A stretch of DNA of 64,000 nt, taken from sequence record NC_054928.1. One strand, 5' to 3'. This DNA is from Escherichia phage vB_vPM_PD112. Position numbers and translations under genes: made by a program. The notes below the pieces were generated by a model, which saw only the letters and a list, made by a program, of their open reading frames with translations, had not been told where the DNA came from and searched no databases. This document shows, in pieces, positions 10,191-19,637 of the stretch. The first letter of the stretch is position 1, and every line of letters begins with the position of its first letter.

Positions 10191-10722
10191 TACTGGCTCA
10201 TCCATTCTTTACGAAGGTCAGCATTATCTCCCATGAGCATTTCAAAAAGCTCTTTCCAATTCTCAGGAAGTTTAACAACATCATATACTGGGTTTTGAAT
10301 CATCTCACGATATTCAGATTTTTCCAAAGAGCCAAGTCCCTTAATATAACGGATGCTATGTTTAGGTAGAGCATCTTTGGCACTCTCATATTCAGCGACT
10401 GTATAAAACCATTCTTGTTTTTTGCCGACCTGAGCGATGATTACAGGAGTTTTGACAAAGCGAATTCTTCCTTGTTCAAACAGTTCTGGCCAATTACTAA
10501 AAAATCCGAGCAGAGAAGGATAAATAGAACCTAATCCAATAATCTCTTAATTATGAGGTATTTCTATAGATAGCCCGAAGGCTATCCATCGTGATCTGCG
10601 TCTGTCATAATAGCGACATTCGCATAGTTCATTGAAGAGGATTTAATAGAACGACGAACATTGTTCTGCAATTTATATTTTTTCATATCAACGCTAGAAG
10701 AATCAATTTTTACAAATTTCAT
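10190..10722 (-). CDS. 60: DNA topoisomerase II subunit gp60, made by 50-nt translational bypass
   Basis: Codons 1-46 at 10722-10585 (MKFVKIDSS...TDADHDG), then UAG; decoding resumes at UUA 10534 (LGSIYPSLLGFFSNWPELFEQGRIRF...MSQ) to stop 10190-10192; 160 aa total as in T4. Confidence 0.95.
10535..10584 (-). other. gene 60 coding gap (ribosome bypass element)
   Basis: Take-off GGA 10585-10587, stop UAG 10582-10584, take-off hairpin UAGCCUUCGGGCUA, landing GGA 10535-10537. Confidence 0.9.
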
Positions 10723-11521
10723 TATACACCTCATAGAACTTTTCATCAGGAATCCAACCGCGTTTAAATTCATTAAATGCTCGGCCGAATAATTTTGAAT
10801 TCACAGTTATATTATTAACTGATTTCCATTTAGCAACTCCTGTTCGTTTATAATGATCGGGGTCATATTTCGTGACGTACCATTCATATAAATTTGGTAT
10901 TAATTTTACAGCCTCTGGATTTGTCGCTGATTTATTATACCATGGTTTCGCTTTTTCAAGTTCAGCTGCTTTTGCAGTAGCAGCAACAGTATTTCCAATA
11001 CCAACTAATTTTTCAGCTTTAATGCGTGGATCATTAACATGAAGACGAAAAACTTCGCCCTTTTCATTTTTAAAGCATGTCATGCCTTTAATTCCAGGAA
11101 GCTTAACACCTTTATTAACACCACACCATTCCTTTGGGTTAAATGATCCTTTAATTAATAAGGCGCATTTACCCGATTTAATACTTCTCATTAAAACTTT
11201 ATCTTTCATAAAGTTTTTTGACCATTCAGATACTGCTCTTTGATGGTAAATTCTAGCAATTTCATATAATTTACTAGAACGTAAATATTTTTCAGTGTTT
11301 AACATTCTATTCATCGCATATGCCATTTCACGATTACGATGAATTTTATATAGTAGAAAATGTGCTAAAAAGTGTTCACGAAAAGTCAGTTTCACCAAAT
11401 TTTCTTTATCATCAGAACCTCCCATTGATCTTGGAAGGATATGATGAATTTCACCCTTAAATTTAGAAACGCGGGTTTTACCCCGCACTATTAAGTCATT
11501 ATAGATTTTTTCGTAATTCAC
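10703..11521 (-). CDS. mobA: MobA, HNH-family homing endonuclease
   Basis: 272 aa ORF with HNH motif EIHHILPRS...N...H near the N-terminus; no ATG before the motif (track start is GTG) and no clear SD. Confidence 0.8.
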   Translation of the reverse strand: MNYEKIYNDLIVRGKTRVSKFKGEIHHILPRSMGGSDDKENLVKLTFREHFLAHFLLYKIHRNREMAYAMNRMLNTEKYLRSSKLYEIARIYHQRAVSEWSKNFMKDKVLMRSIKSGKCALLIKGSFNPKEWCGVNKGVKLPGIKGMTCFKNEKGEVFRLHVNDPRIKAEKLVGIGNTVAATAKAAELEKAKPWYNKSATNPEAVKLIPNLYEWYVTKYDPDHYKRTGVAKWKSVNNITVNSKLFGRAFNEFKRGWIPDEKFYEVYNEICKN

Positions 11522-13049
11522 CTACTGTTATCCATTTACCATTAATCTGTACTTCATCATTTTCATTTACGATAATTGTATCGCCATTTAGTTCGAAAGT
11601 AAACCACTCGCCATCTTCTTTTTCTTCAAACGCCTTTTCACCAAGAACTAATCCAGTGATTGCGCAAATATCAAATAGTTCTTTGTTTTTAAGCATATCG
11701 GCATATGACATACCCCAGCTATTAAGAACTTTACCGCGCAATGGATAACCACCATGAAGTTCTTTATCACGAACATCAATAAGATATCCAATAGCAGAAT
11801 CACCCTCAGTCAAGAAAAGAGTAGTATCAGCATCTTTACCACAAAGATTCGCTTTGATATGTTTATGAACCTTAGCTTTAGAAGCCTTTTTAGCTGCTTT
11901 AGTTTCTGCTGCTTTTTCTGCCGCCAATTTACGAGCCAAAGCAGCTTCGATAATCGGCATTAGAATTGCTTCATTATTTAGAATAGCGCGTGAAATCTTT
12001 TTAGCATCAAGCTGAATATGACTACGAATTTCACCAAAAGGAGAAGTAAGTCGTTCTTTAGTTTGAGAATCAAATCGCATGTTTTTCATATCACGGACAA
12101 ACATAACGATAGTCAAACATTCTTTGACACGTGCTTTAGTTACATCAATTTTGAATTTACGTTTGATTTGTGGAATAAGGTCTTCACAAATATCATCCAT
12201 AACACAATCAATGTGATGGCCACCATTCTTAGTATGAATGTTATTCACATAAGTTAATTGACGAAAACCATCCGGTGAACGACCAACAGCAATAGAACAA
12301 TTTTCTTGTTCTTGAACGATAGCATGTTCATCATACTGTCGTGCATATTTCTTAAAATTACCCTGAACCTTTTTACCATTAAAGGTAAATTGAATATCAG
12401 GATAAACTACTGCAAGTGTCTGGAGACGATCCAGTGTAATGTCAAGATAAACTTGAGATAGCTCATTAGTTTCAAATGACATAAAATCAGGAATGAAAGT
12501 AACGCGAGTTCCTTTCCATTTTCCAGGAATAGTTTCCCAGGATTTATTTTCCATGCCATTTGAACAACGAACTACAATATTATTTTGACCATCGCCGGTT
12601 TCACCGACAAACATCACAGAAAAAATATTAGTTAAACTAGAACCAACACCATTCATACCACCAGTGACGCGTTCTTTATCATCACCGAAGTTACCACCTG
12701 CTTTTGGAATAGTCCATGCAGCAACTGGACCAGGAATTTCTTCACCGGTAGGTGTTTTAACCATCGCCTGTGGAATACCGCGACCGTTATCTTCAACTGT
12801 TACTTGATTGTTTTTAATAGTAACATTAATTTTATTTGCGAATTTAAACTTAGTACGAATACCTTCATCTACTGAGTTATCGATAATTTCATCAATAAGC
12901 TTAACAAGACCAGGTACATACTGAACACTTTCCCATTTACCAAACAGAAAGCGCTCATGCATTTCATTAGCTGAAGAGCCAATGTACATGCCGCTACGCT
13001 TTTTGATATGTTCAATATCGCTCAGAATTTTAATTTCATTCTTAATCAT
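11499..13049 (-). CDS. 39: DNA topoisomerase II large subunit (GyrB-like ATPase)
   Basis: 516 aa from the ATG after SD GAGGA (track adds an upstream GTG); GHKL and TOPRIM motifs. Confidence 0.95.
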   Translation of the reverse strand: MIKNEIKILSDIEHIKKRSGMYIGSSANEMHERFLFGKWESVQYVPGLVKLIDEIIDNSVDEGIRTKFKFANKINVTIKNNQVTVEDNGRGIPQAMVKTPTGEEIPGPVAAWTIPKAGGNFGDDKERVTGGMNGVGSSLTNIFSVMFVGETGDGQNNIVVRCSNGMENKSWETIPGKWKGTRVTFIPDFMSFETNELSQVYLDITLDRLQTLAVVYPDIQFTFNGKKVQGNFKKYARQYDEHAIVQEQENCSIAVGRSPDGFRQLTYVNNIHTKNGGHHIDCVMDDICEDLIPQIKRKFKIDVTKARVKECLTIVMFVRDMKNMRFDSQTKERLTSPFGEIRSHIQLDAKKISRAILNNEAILMPIIEAALARKLAAEKAAETKAAKKASKAKVHKHIKANLCGKDADTTLFLTEGDSAIGYLIDVRDKELHGGYPLRGKVLNSWGMSYADMLKNKELFDICAITGLVLGEKAFEEKEDGEWFTFELNGDTIIVNENDEVQINGKWITVGELRKNL

Positions 13050-13076
13050 CACTTATCCTCGTTTGGTTTCGGGAAT

Positions 13077-13100
13077 ATTATACTCCAATAATCATAAAGC
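13077..13100 (-). promoter_or_regulatory. MotA-dependent middle promoter upstream of gene 39
   Basis: Minus strand MotA box GCTTTA (plus 13095-13100), 12 nt, TATAAT (plus 13077-13082). Confidence 0.65.
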
Positions 13101-13101
13101 T

Positions 13102-13120
13102 AAAGGCCCGAAGGCCTTTT
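13102..13120 (-). other. hairpin with UUCG loop over the stop codon of ORF 13119-13379
   Basis: Minus strand AAAGGCCUUCGGGCCUUU; sits directly upstream of the gene 39 middle promoter. Confidence 0.6.
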
Positions 13121-13379
13121 ATTTAAAACGAATAGTCGAATCCTTGAAGAATAGTCCAGAACATACTGTTCCTTCTACTTTCTGCCCGGTAGGTCCAATA
13201 GCACGAAATCCAGTATGTTGGAAATCATTTTCAGAGCAACCGAACCAATTATATCCAGTGATTTCAATATTAGTAAAACCACTTGAAGACAAAACTTTGG
13301 TTGCATTATCAGCATCAGTACATCCTACTAAAGATACTGCTAATACTAATGCTGCAATAGAACGATTAATATATTTCAT
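13119..13379 (-). CDS. small lipoprotein, 86 aa
   Basis: Signal peptide with lipobox LVGC (MKYINRSIAALVLAVSLVGCTD); ATG start. Confidence 0.6.
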   Translation of the reverse strand: MKYINRSIAALVLAVSLVGCTDADNATKVLSSSGFTNIEITGYNWFGCSENDFQHTGFRAIGPTGQKVEGTVCSGLFFKDSTIRFK

Positions 13380-13382
13380 AAT

Positions 13383-13559
13383 TACCCTTTAAGCAAGTCG
13401 TAAAATCCACCATTCACATGCTTAGGGGCAGAGACTAACCGAATAGCAATCCGATGACAATCAGGACATACATCAGTATCCCTTTCAGAAATTTTCTTGA
13501 TTTTTTCGTATTCTTTTGCACAGTCTTTGGATTGACATTTATAATCATAAAGCGGCATA
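13383..13559 (-). CDS. small zinc-ribbon protein, about 58 aa
   Basis: Hand-translated MPLYDYKCQSKDCAKEYEKIKKISERDTDVCPDCHRIAIRL... with two CxxC pairs; coordinates approximate by 1 nt; not in track. Confidence 0.4.
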
Positions 13560-13560
13560 A

Positions 13561-13974
13561 TTATTCCTTAAAGTGAGCTTTCAACATCTGATACAAGGAC
13601 CATGCTTGTTCATTATTTTCAATAGTAACTTTCATTACCGGGAATTCAGATGGTTCAGTTACTGGTGCAGGGTCTTCCTGCTCTTCAGCTGCCTGGTATG
13701 GATTTTCAACTTCATCAAAGAATTCAGCTTCATTCGATGAAAGCCAAATAAAATCTTCATCCAAAATATCTTTACCGGAGGATAATGCCAATCTTCCAGT
13801 AGATGTCACAATTTTAGTAGGACGACCAAGATAGTCAATATCTATAACTTTAAAAGGTTCCATACCTAAACGTCGTGCATAAATTCCGTTTTCAGTATGA
13901 TATTTAATAAATTTTTCTTGAGCTTGTTTATTTTTAAATTGATACCATTTATTAACTTCAAATTTAATAGCCAT
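13561..13974 (-). CDS. hypothetical protein, about 137 aa (possibly goF by position)
   Basis: Track ORF starts on TTG; first ATG overlaps upstream stop (TAATG); name from T4 gene order only. Confidence 0.45.
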   Translation of the reverse strand: MAIKFEVNKWYQFKNKQAQEKFIKYHTENGIYARRLGMEPFKVIDIDYLGRPTKIVTSTGRLALSSGKDILDEDFIWLSSNEAEFFDEVENPYQAAEEQEDPAPVTEPSEFPVMKVTIENNEQAWSLYQMLKAHFKE

Positions 13975-14189
13975 TAATAAATTTCCTTCCAATAAGTTGT
14001 GCCATTTTCAGTAATTTCACGAAATACACCATAAATTGGTTGTTTATCACCGACTTTCTCATACACATAAACAGAAGTCAAGTGAGTAAACTTGCTAGTA
14101 TGTTCCTTTTGAACTACTACCAAATTTGGATCAAATAATACATCTTCAAATTCATCATTAGTGCAATTCTGAACAATTTTACGTTTCAT
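13974..14189 (-). CDS. hypothetical protein, 71 aa (possibly cef by position and size)
   Basis: Track ORF, ATG start; name from T4 gene order only. Confidence 0.45.
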   Translation of the reverse strand: MKRKIVQNCTNDEFEDVLFDPNLVVVQKEHTSKFTHLTSVYVYEKVGDKQPIYGVFREITENGTTYWKEIY

Positions 14190-14360
14190 TACAATTTCCT
14201 CATTAATTGAACATTGGAGCGATGCGTTTCAGAAGAGTAGCAGCACCTTTGGCGAATTTTTCATTTTATTCTCCAAGTTGTTTTCTGTATCAGTAGTTGA
14301 TATTGATATAGTACCATAATCAACTACTGATGTATATAGTTTTATGAAAAATTTTAAACT

Positions 14361-14858
14361 TTATGCGCAGCGAGCGTTGCTGTAGTGTTTAATCCAACTT
14401 TCAGGAATGACTTTGTATGTTCCTAAAAATACCGCGTTGTATAGCTTAACGCCATCTTCTACCCACTGATCGGTAATGTATGCACACATAGCACGAGTAC
14501 GATGTTTTTGAACAACCCCTTCCTCATCTTCAGTAAATTCGAATTCATAAGGAGCAACGAACTTAATAGCCTGACCGAGTTTCCACTTAAAGTCTACACC
14601 TACATGCGAAGTATCAATCGTTTCAATTCCTTTAGCGGGAACAGCTTTCAAAAACGCAGACTCAAGAAATTTCGCACGAACATAGCCAAACTGAGGTTTA
14701 GACTTTCCATCTTTAGGAATGATACGCACTTTTACTTCAGAATCTTCATCTTTAACGCCATGTTTAAGCTGAATGCTTACAATTTCGACCAATTTTCCTG
14801 CTGCTTTAGAACGGGATTTATCAGATACACGAGCAATTTCACCAATATTAATAATCAT
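14361..14858 (-). CDS. motB: MotB-like protein
   Basis: 165 aa; position between cef-like ORF and dexA cluster; shares a C-terminal motif with the next ORF. Confidence 0.55.
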   Translation of the reverse strand: MIINIGEIARVSDKSRSKAAGKLVEIVSIQLKHGVKDEDSEVKVRIIPKDGKSKPQFGYVRAKFLESAFLKAVPAKGIETIDTSHVGVDFKWKLGQAIKFVAPYEFEFTEDEEGVVQKHRTRAMCAYITDQWVEDGVKLYNAVFLGTYKVIPESWIKHYSNARCA

Positions 14859-14902
14859 AGTTATCTCTCACTTGTTAAAAAGATTTTATACTCCACAGGA
14901 CC

Positions 14903-14931
14903 ATTATACTCTGGTCCCAAGAGTTTGTAAA
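14903..14931 (-). promoter_or_regulatory. T4-early-type promoter upstream of motB
   Basis: Minus strand TTTACA (plus 14926-14931), 17 nt, TATAAT (plus 14903-14908); spacer has dyad CTCTTGG..CCAGAG. Confidence 0.7.
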
Positions 14932-14934
14932 CTA

Positions 14935-15480
14935 TTAATTCAAAATAGCTACCACTGCACTACGAGGTACTACGCTAAAATCACCTGCATGAACAACATT
15001 CAGAAGTTCAACACCATCTTCAATCCACTGGTCTGTTACCCAACCACAGATAGGATTATCAAAAGGACGACGGATAGACACAGCAGCACACAACAGGTCT
15101 GTAGGGTCTTGCTCTTCAACTTCTTGGAACAGAATGAACTCTGCTTCATAAACCAGGATTTTCTCTATTTTGTTATTGTCTAAACGACGACCGTGGACAA
15201 TATAAGATTTAGTAAACCATTTACTTTTTTCAAAGTCTTCAACGGTAAATTCGCCTTCGCCAAAAACATCAGTCAAAGTTTTATGGCCGGAAATCAAGGC
15301 ATTAGTTTTAATTTCAGGTTCAACCAGTTTGTAGGTTTTGCCGATTTCAATAGCGATAGTCATAGTAGGTTCCTTAATTTCCAGTGGTTTAACAGGGCAT
15401 ACATAAGTGCTTACAACATCAAAATCAATCAGTTTAGCTACCGGATTTGGCGTGTATTCAGGATTATAATTAAATTTCAT
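14935..15480 (-). CDS. hypothetical protein, 181 aa, paralogue of the motB-like ORF
   Basis: C-terminus GWVTDQWIEDGVELLNVVHAGDFSVVP parallels AYITDQWVEDGVKLYNAVFLGTYKVIP in ORF 14361-14858. Confidence 0.55.
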   Translation of the reverse strand: MKFNYNPEYTPNPVAKLIDFDVVSTYVCPVKPLEIKEPTMTIAIEIGKTYKLVEPEIKTNALISGHKTLTDVFGEGEFTVEDFEKSKWFTKSYIVHGRRLDNNKIEKILVYEAEFILFQEVEEQDPTDLLCAAVSIRRPFDNPICGWVTDQWIEDGVELLNVVHAGDFSVVPRSAVVAILN

Positions 15481-15482
15481 AA

Positions 15483-15983
15483 TTATCTCATTTCAATAAA
15501 ATCTACGAGTTCAGCATGGGATTTACGGAACATTACTTGGTGCCCGCCAATGATAACTTCATCTTCAGGAACTTCATATACAGCGAGATAAAATCCTTTA
15601 GAAGATAATTCTTCGCGTTCTTCTCGTGTGAACCATCTCATCATATCATATTCGCTAGCGAAAGCAAAATGATAAAGAGCTATAAACCATCCTGGAATAT
15701 GATATTCGACTCCAACATAATCTTTCTTGAACTTAGTATTAATTACTATATTAGCGTTTTTAACTAATAGTTTATCTTCGTGTGGTAAAGGAATTCTTTT
15801 ATTATTATCGCTATGATGCATAAAATTAGGTCTATCATAACCTACGTGTAATAACCACTCTTCGCTCCATGAATCTATTATACTCCTGTACGGCGTTATT
15901 TGAACACAAAGATTTCGACGTATTGTTATAGCATCTTCACAATTAAGAATACTAAAAGATGATTCAACACGATAAATTTTCAT
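15483..15983 (-). CDS. hypothetical protein, 166 aa
   Basis: Track ORF trimmed to ATG MKIYRVESS with SD GAGGA, which lies downstream of promoter 16011-16039. Confidence 0.5.
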   Translation of the reverse strand: MKIYRVESSFSILNCEDAITIRRNLCVQITPYRSIIDSWSEEWLLHVGYDRPNFMHHSDNNKRIPLPHEDKLLVKNANIVINTKFKKDYVGVEYHIPGWFIALYHFAFASEYDMMRWFTREEREELSSKGFYLAVYEVPEDEVIIGGHQVMFRKSHAELVDFIEMR

Positions 15984-16010
15984 TTTATTATCCTCAGTAG
16001 CTATGGTGTT

Positions 16011-16039
16011 ATAATACCACAACTAACCGAGGAAGTAAA
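16011..16039 (-). promoter_or_regulatory. T4-early-type promoter
   Basis: Minus strand TTTACT (plus 16034-16039), 17 nt, TATTAT (plus 16011-16016). Confidence 0.6.
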
Positions 16040-16046
16040 CAACTTT

Positions 16047-16730
16047 TTATCGTTTTGTTGGAAGAGATAGAGGATCGCACTCTTCCTCTGACGGAGCATC
16101 TTCAAGACCCATAGCATATCGCAAAGCATACTTCATCATCAGGATGTCTTTCGCACAGTCATGAATAGAATTATGCGCAACAAATCCATCTAAAGTTCCC
16201 TTTGGAAGGGGACACGTTGTCATATCACGAACAAGTAGAAGTGCTTCAATTCTGGTACGAATATCACGCTGATTCCAGAATTTACATGGTTCTAACTTAA
16301 ATGTGTCAAGCTCATTCTCAGATACACCATTAAGGCGTTGAATATCACGAATGAGATCGACTAAAATTGGAAAATCAAACGACATTCCACGGCACCAGCC
16401 TTGAGATTTCCAAGGATCGATATTGTGTGCATTGATGTAATCATTAAATTTTGCAATACCATCGATAGTGCTTACATCTTCATCTGATGGTGCAATATTT
16501 TTTCTAGCTTCAGGAGATTGATTCTTCCACCATTCGATAGTGCTTTTAGTAAAAAGACGATGTCCTTTTTGGCTTTTTAAATCAAATTTGATTTTAATGC
16601 CACGTGAAACTAATTCATCGAATGTTTCAACGACTTCTGGATTAGGATCAAAAGCAATTACAGCCAAATCAATAACAGCTGCTTTTTCACCACTTCCCAT
16701 TGTTTCAAAATCTATAATAAAATCAAACAT
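16047..16730 (-). CDS. dexA: DexA, 3-prime to 5-prime exonuclease (DnaQ-like)
   Basis: 227 aa, the T4 DexA length; N-terminal DFETMG exonuclease motif. Confidence 0.85.
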   Translation of the reverse strand: MFDFIIDFETMGSGEKAAVIDLAVIAFDPNPEVVETFDELVSRGIKIKFDLKSQKGHRLFTKSTIEWWKNQSPEARKNIAPSDEDVSTIDGIAKFNDYINAHNIDPWKSQGWCRGMSFDFPILVDLIRDIQRLNGVSENELDTFKLEPCKFWNQRDIRTRIEALLLVRDMTTCPLPKGTLDGFVAHNSIHDCAKDILMMKYALRYAMGLEDAPSEEECDPLSLPTKR

Positions 16731-16987
16731 TAAATTTTCCTTGCTAAATCGCGAATTTGACCTACAGTATAGTCTTGAATATAAACTTTATTAATGGGCT
16801 CATCAATAAATTTTGCCACAGATTCAATGTCTTTTTGTATCTCTTCAAGACTGTATACTATCTTTGAAGCTTTTTCGCGAATAGTAATATTTTCAGGACC
16901 TGGATTTTCTTCAATGACATCTTTAACACTTGTCATAAGAGATTTAAACTGCCACCAACTTAATTCAATCATTAATAATCGCCTCAT
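16730..16987 (-). CDS. hypothetical protein, 85 aa
   Basis: Track ORF, ATG start; resembles the next ORF. Confidence 0.5.
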   Translation of the reverse strand: MRRLLMIELSWWQFKSLMTSVKDVIEENPGPENITIREKASKIVYSLEEIQKDIESVAKFIDEPINKVYIQDYTVGQIRDLARKI

Positions 16988-17225
16988 AAAGATAGCTAAT
17001 TTCGCCTAAAACGTAATCATTGATTGTAACAGTTTTCACTTCACCGCAAAAGAATTCTAACGCAATTAAATCTCGTTCAATTTCTTCTAATTGAAGCCTC
17101 AACTTACTAGATTCTATTTTTACAGTTTCACGATTTTTGCCATAAGCAATTTCATAAATTTCGCTTACTTTATCTTGAAGAAGATAAAACTGATCTTTAG
17201 TTATTTCCACGAATAGCTTCCTCAA
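16965..17225 (-). CDS. hypothetical protein, 86 aa, apparent TTG start
   Basis: No in-frame ATG; begins MRKLF like its neighbour MRRLL; both carry an EEI..D..I and INDY/IQDY pattern. Confidence 0.4.
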   Translation of the reverse strand: MRKLFVEITKDQFYLLQDKVSEIYEIAYGKNRETVKIESSKLRLQLEEIERDLIALEFFCGEVKTVTINDYVLGEISYLYEAIIND

Positions 17226-17231
17226 ATTTAA

Positions 17232-18551
17232 TCATACATAAAACACATCATAACGACCACGGGTAACACCAACATAAAGAAGTTGTTGAGCCAATTCAGC
17301 ATCTGCATAATGAATACAAGGCGTATAGATGAAAGCACGGTCTACAGACATGCCCTGAGCTTTGTGGAATGTTGATGCAGGAAGTGCTTTCACTTTACTG
17401 AACTGTGATTTAGCATCCCAAAAATCACTCCATGGAGCTTTTCCACCTTTATTCCAATTTTTATAAGTTTCTGCCGTTTTACCTAAAAATAGGTTAAACT
17501 TATATAGCTCTTCATCAGATGAAATTATTTTAATCTTTTCACGATAATATTCATCATCGCCATAAGTTTCTACTGTTAAATCCCAATGACGAATTAAGTA
17601 TTCTCCAGAAACACCACGAGCTTTAACAAACGTCGATGTATACTCTGCTTCTATAATACGAACTAATTGTCCGTTATTAAAAATAATTTCTGACACAGGC
17701 TTTCCATCAATTTTATATGTTTTAATTAACGGTTCCTGCATTACAATAATTTCACCGACAATAAAATCTTTATCAGTTTCAAAAATCTTTTTACGAATAA
17801 TGCTATTTAACTTGTCAACAGATTTATTCGTAAATGCCATTACACGATTTTCAAACAAATCATCTAGTGATTTGACGATTGAAAAATAATTTACCATAAA
17901 ATCGCGTAAAGCGGTATCACCTGTAAATCCACGTACTCCATGCCCGTCAACAATTTTATCATAAATCCACTTACCGTTACGAACGTCAGTAGCTACATCA
18001 ATAATAGGAGCATTACTGCGTTTAACTTCAGTGAGTTCACACTGATAAAAGTCTTTGTGTGTAAAGAATGGACTGATATAAGCAGTGTTTTCTCCTGGGT
18101 CAACAGGTCTAATTTGCTTATTATCCCCTATTCCAATTATAGTACACCAAGGTGGAATAGTTGAAAGCAGAATTTTAAATAGCTTTCTATCATACATTGA
18201 CACTTCGTCGCAGATTAATACCCTGCATTTAGCTAAATCCGGTACTTCTTTTTGTTCAAAAAGAACGTTTTCTTCGTATGTTACTGGGTTAATTTTAAGA
18301 ATACTGTGAATAGTACTCGCTTCTTTCCCTGACAGTTTTGAAAGAATCTTTTTGGCTGCATGTGTAGGAGCTGCTAAAATAATTCCAGTTTCGCCTGTAG
18401 ATATTAAAGCTTCAATGATGAACTTAGTAAGAGTAGTCTTACCAGTACCAGCAGGTCCATTAATAGTTACATGATGTTTCTTTTCTTTGATAGCCCTCAT
18501 AACGATGTTAAAGGCGTTTTTCTGGCCTTCGGTCAAATCATCAAATGTCAT
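17232..18551 (-). CDS. dda: Dda DNA helicase (SF1B)
   Basis: 439 aa, the T4 Dda length; Walker A GPAGTGKT. Confidence 0.95.
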   Translation of the reverse strand: MTFDDLTEGQKNAFNIVMRAIKEKKHHVTINGPAGTGKTTLTKFIIEALISTGETGIILAAPTHAAKKILSKLSGKEASTIHSILKINPVTYEENVLFEQKEVPDLAKCRVLICDEVSMYDRKLFKILLSTIPPWCTIIGIGDNKQIRPVDPGENTAYISPFFTHKDFYQCELTEVKRSNAPIIDVATDVRNGKWIYDKIVDGHGVRGFTGDTALRDFMVNYFSIVKSLDDLFENRVMAFTNKSVDKLNSIIRKKIFETDKDFIVGEIIVMQEPLIKTYKIDGKPVSEIIFNNGQLVRIIEAEYTSTFVKARGVSGEYLIRHWDLTVETYGDDEYYREKIKIISSDEELYKFNLFLGKTAETYKNWNKGGKAPWSDFWDAKSQFSKVKALPASTFHKAQGMSVDRAFIYTPCIHYADAELAQQLLYVGVTRGRYDVFYV

Positions 18552-18859
18552 CGTAAATTCCCTGCAATTGGTATACTAACAATACGCCCAGTATCTAAAA
18601 TTCGCCGATATAATCTTTGTGTGTCTACATCAGGCTTAACATGTTTAACTTCTATTTTATTAAACCAAAACTTGCGTGGAGTCTCAACTAATCTCGGAAT
18701 TCCCATACCTAAAGCTAGTCGATACTGCTCTTTAAGAGTTGTAAATACTTTATCAGCAATCTCCCTTTCAAAAAATACAGCAGGACGATGTTCATCAAGA
18801 GGAACAGGCACCGCAAATCCATCTTTATCTCTATACACTATCGCATATACATAAAACAT
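18548..18859 (-). CDS. hypothetical protein, 103 aa
   Basis: Track ORF, ATG start, overlaps dda stop by 4 nt. Confidence 0.5.
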   Translation of the reverse strand: MFYVYAIVYRDKDGFAVPVPLDEHRPAVFFEREIADKVFTTLKEQYRLALGMGIPRLVETPRKFWFNKIEVKHVKPDVDTQRLYRRILDTGRIVSIPIAGNLR

Positions 18860-18860
18860 A

Positions 18861-19607
18861 TTATCCTCGGATAAGTTTAAAAATTGAACAATTTAGCGGG
18901 TATCCTCTTTTCAGTTTAAGTTTATCAATAAAAGACAAGTTTTGATACCGCTCTACACCTTGAATAATTTTATCACACATATCATATTGCATTTCTGCTT
19001 CTGACAACTTTTTCACGGTTTTCCAATCCGAGCCTTTAAGAAGAACGTTCAATTTAACAACTTCAGCGCCTTCTGCTATACGAGAACCATCAATACGAGC
19101 TTTGAGTGCTACAATCGTTAGCTTAATATCAGAGGTTTGTTTTGATTTAGAAAGCTGAGAAATGTGTTCAATTCGGTTTTCGCGTTTTTTCTGTATAGCT
19201 TTAATTTGATTATAAGTCTTTTTGATTTTAGCCCATTTCTTTTCATCTAAATTTAGTTTATGAACTTTTTTCGCAGATGAACGACCAATTCGCAAAGCAA
19301 ATAAATCACGCTTTTCAATCAACTCTTCTAAAGTATAATCAGAACGAAATGTATTATACTTTTTCTTTACTGCAATAACATTCCCTTTAATGTATCCAAC
19401 GTTATTATCAAAACGTTCTAACGATAATTTCTCTCCTTCAATACGATTATCAAAAGGTTCTCCTGAGTAAGCGCAAACTTTCTGATCTAAAATGTTCTTA
19501 ATGTAATTGAAGTCTAAGTTAAAATCTTTAGAACGTCTTTTAGCTGATGCCTGAGTGTGCTCTAAACGACGTGTAATTTTACGAATTTGATTTTTAGACA
19601 GTTTCAT
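18861..19607 (-). CDS. srd: basic 248-aa protein, probably Srd
   Basis: Position between dda and modA as in T4; Lys/Arg-rich; identity is from gene order and size only. Confidence 0.5.
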   Translation of the reverse strand: MKLSKNQIRKITRRLEHTQASAKRRSKDFNLDFNYIKNILDQKVCAYSGEPFDNRIEGEKLSLERFDNNVGYIKGNVIAVKKKYNTFRSDYTLEELIEKRDLFALRIGRSSAKKVHKLNLDEKKWAKIKKTYNQIKAIQKKRENRIEHISQLSKSKQTSDIKLTIVALKARIDGSRIAEGAEVVKLNVLLKGSDWKTVKKLSEAEMQYDMCDKIIQGVERYQNLSFIDKLKLKRGYPLNCSIFKLIRG

Positions 19608-19637
19608 ATTTTTCTCACGGACGGGTTAACTACTTAT

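Larger units (their letters stand above)
10535..11521 (-). mobile_element. mobA plus bypass cassette inserted into the topoisomerase large-subunit gene
   Basis: HNH endonuclease ORF and 50-nt gap lie exactly between the 39 and 60 coding parts, as described for T4. Confidence 0.7.

Noticed and set aside
12982-13392. 136-aa plus-strand ORF spanning the gene 39 start and the lipoprotein gene
   Set aside because: Antisense to two supported minus-strand genes and to their promoter and hairpin.
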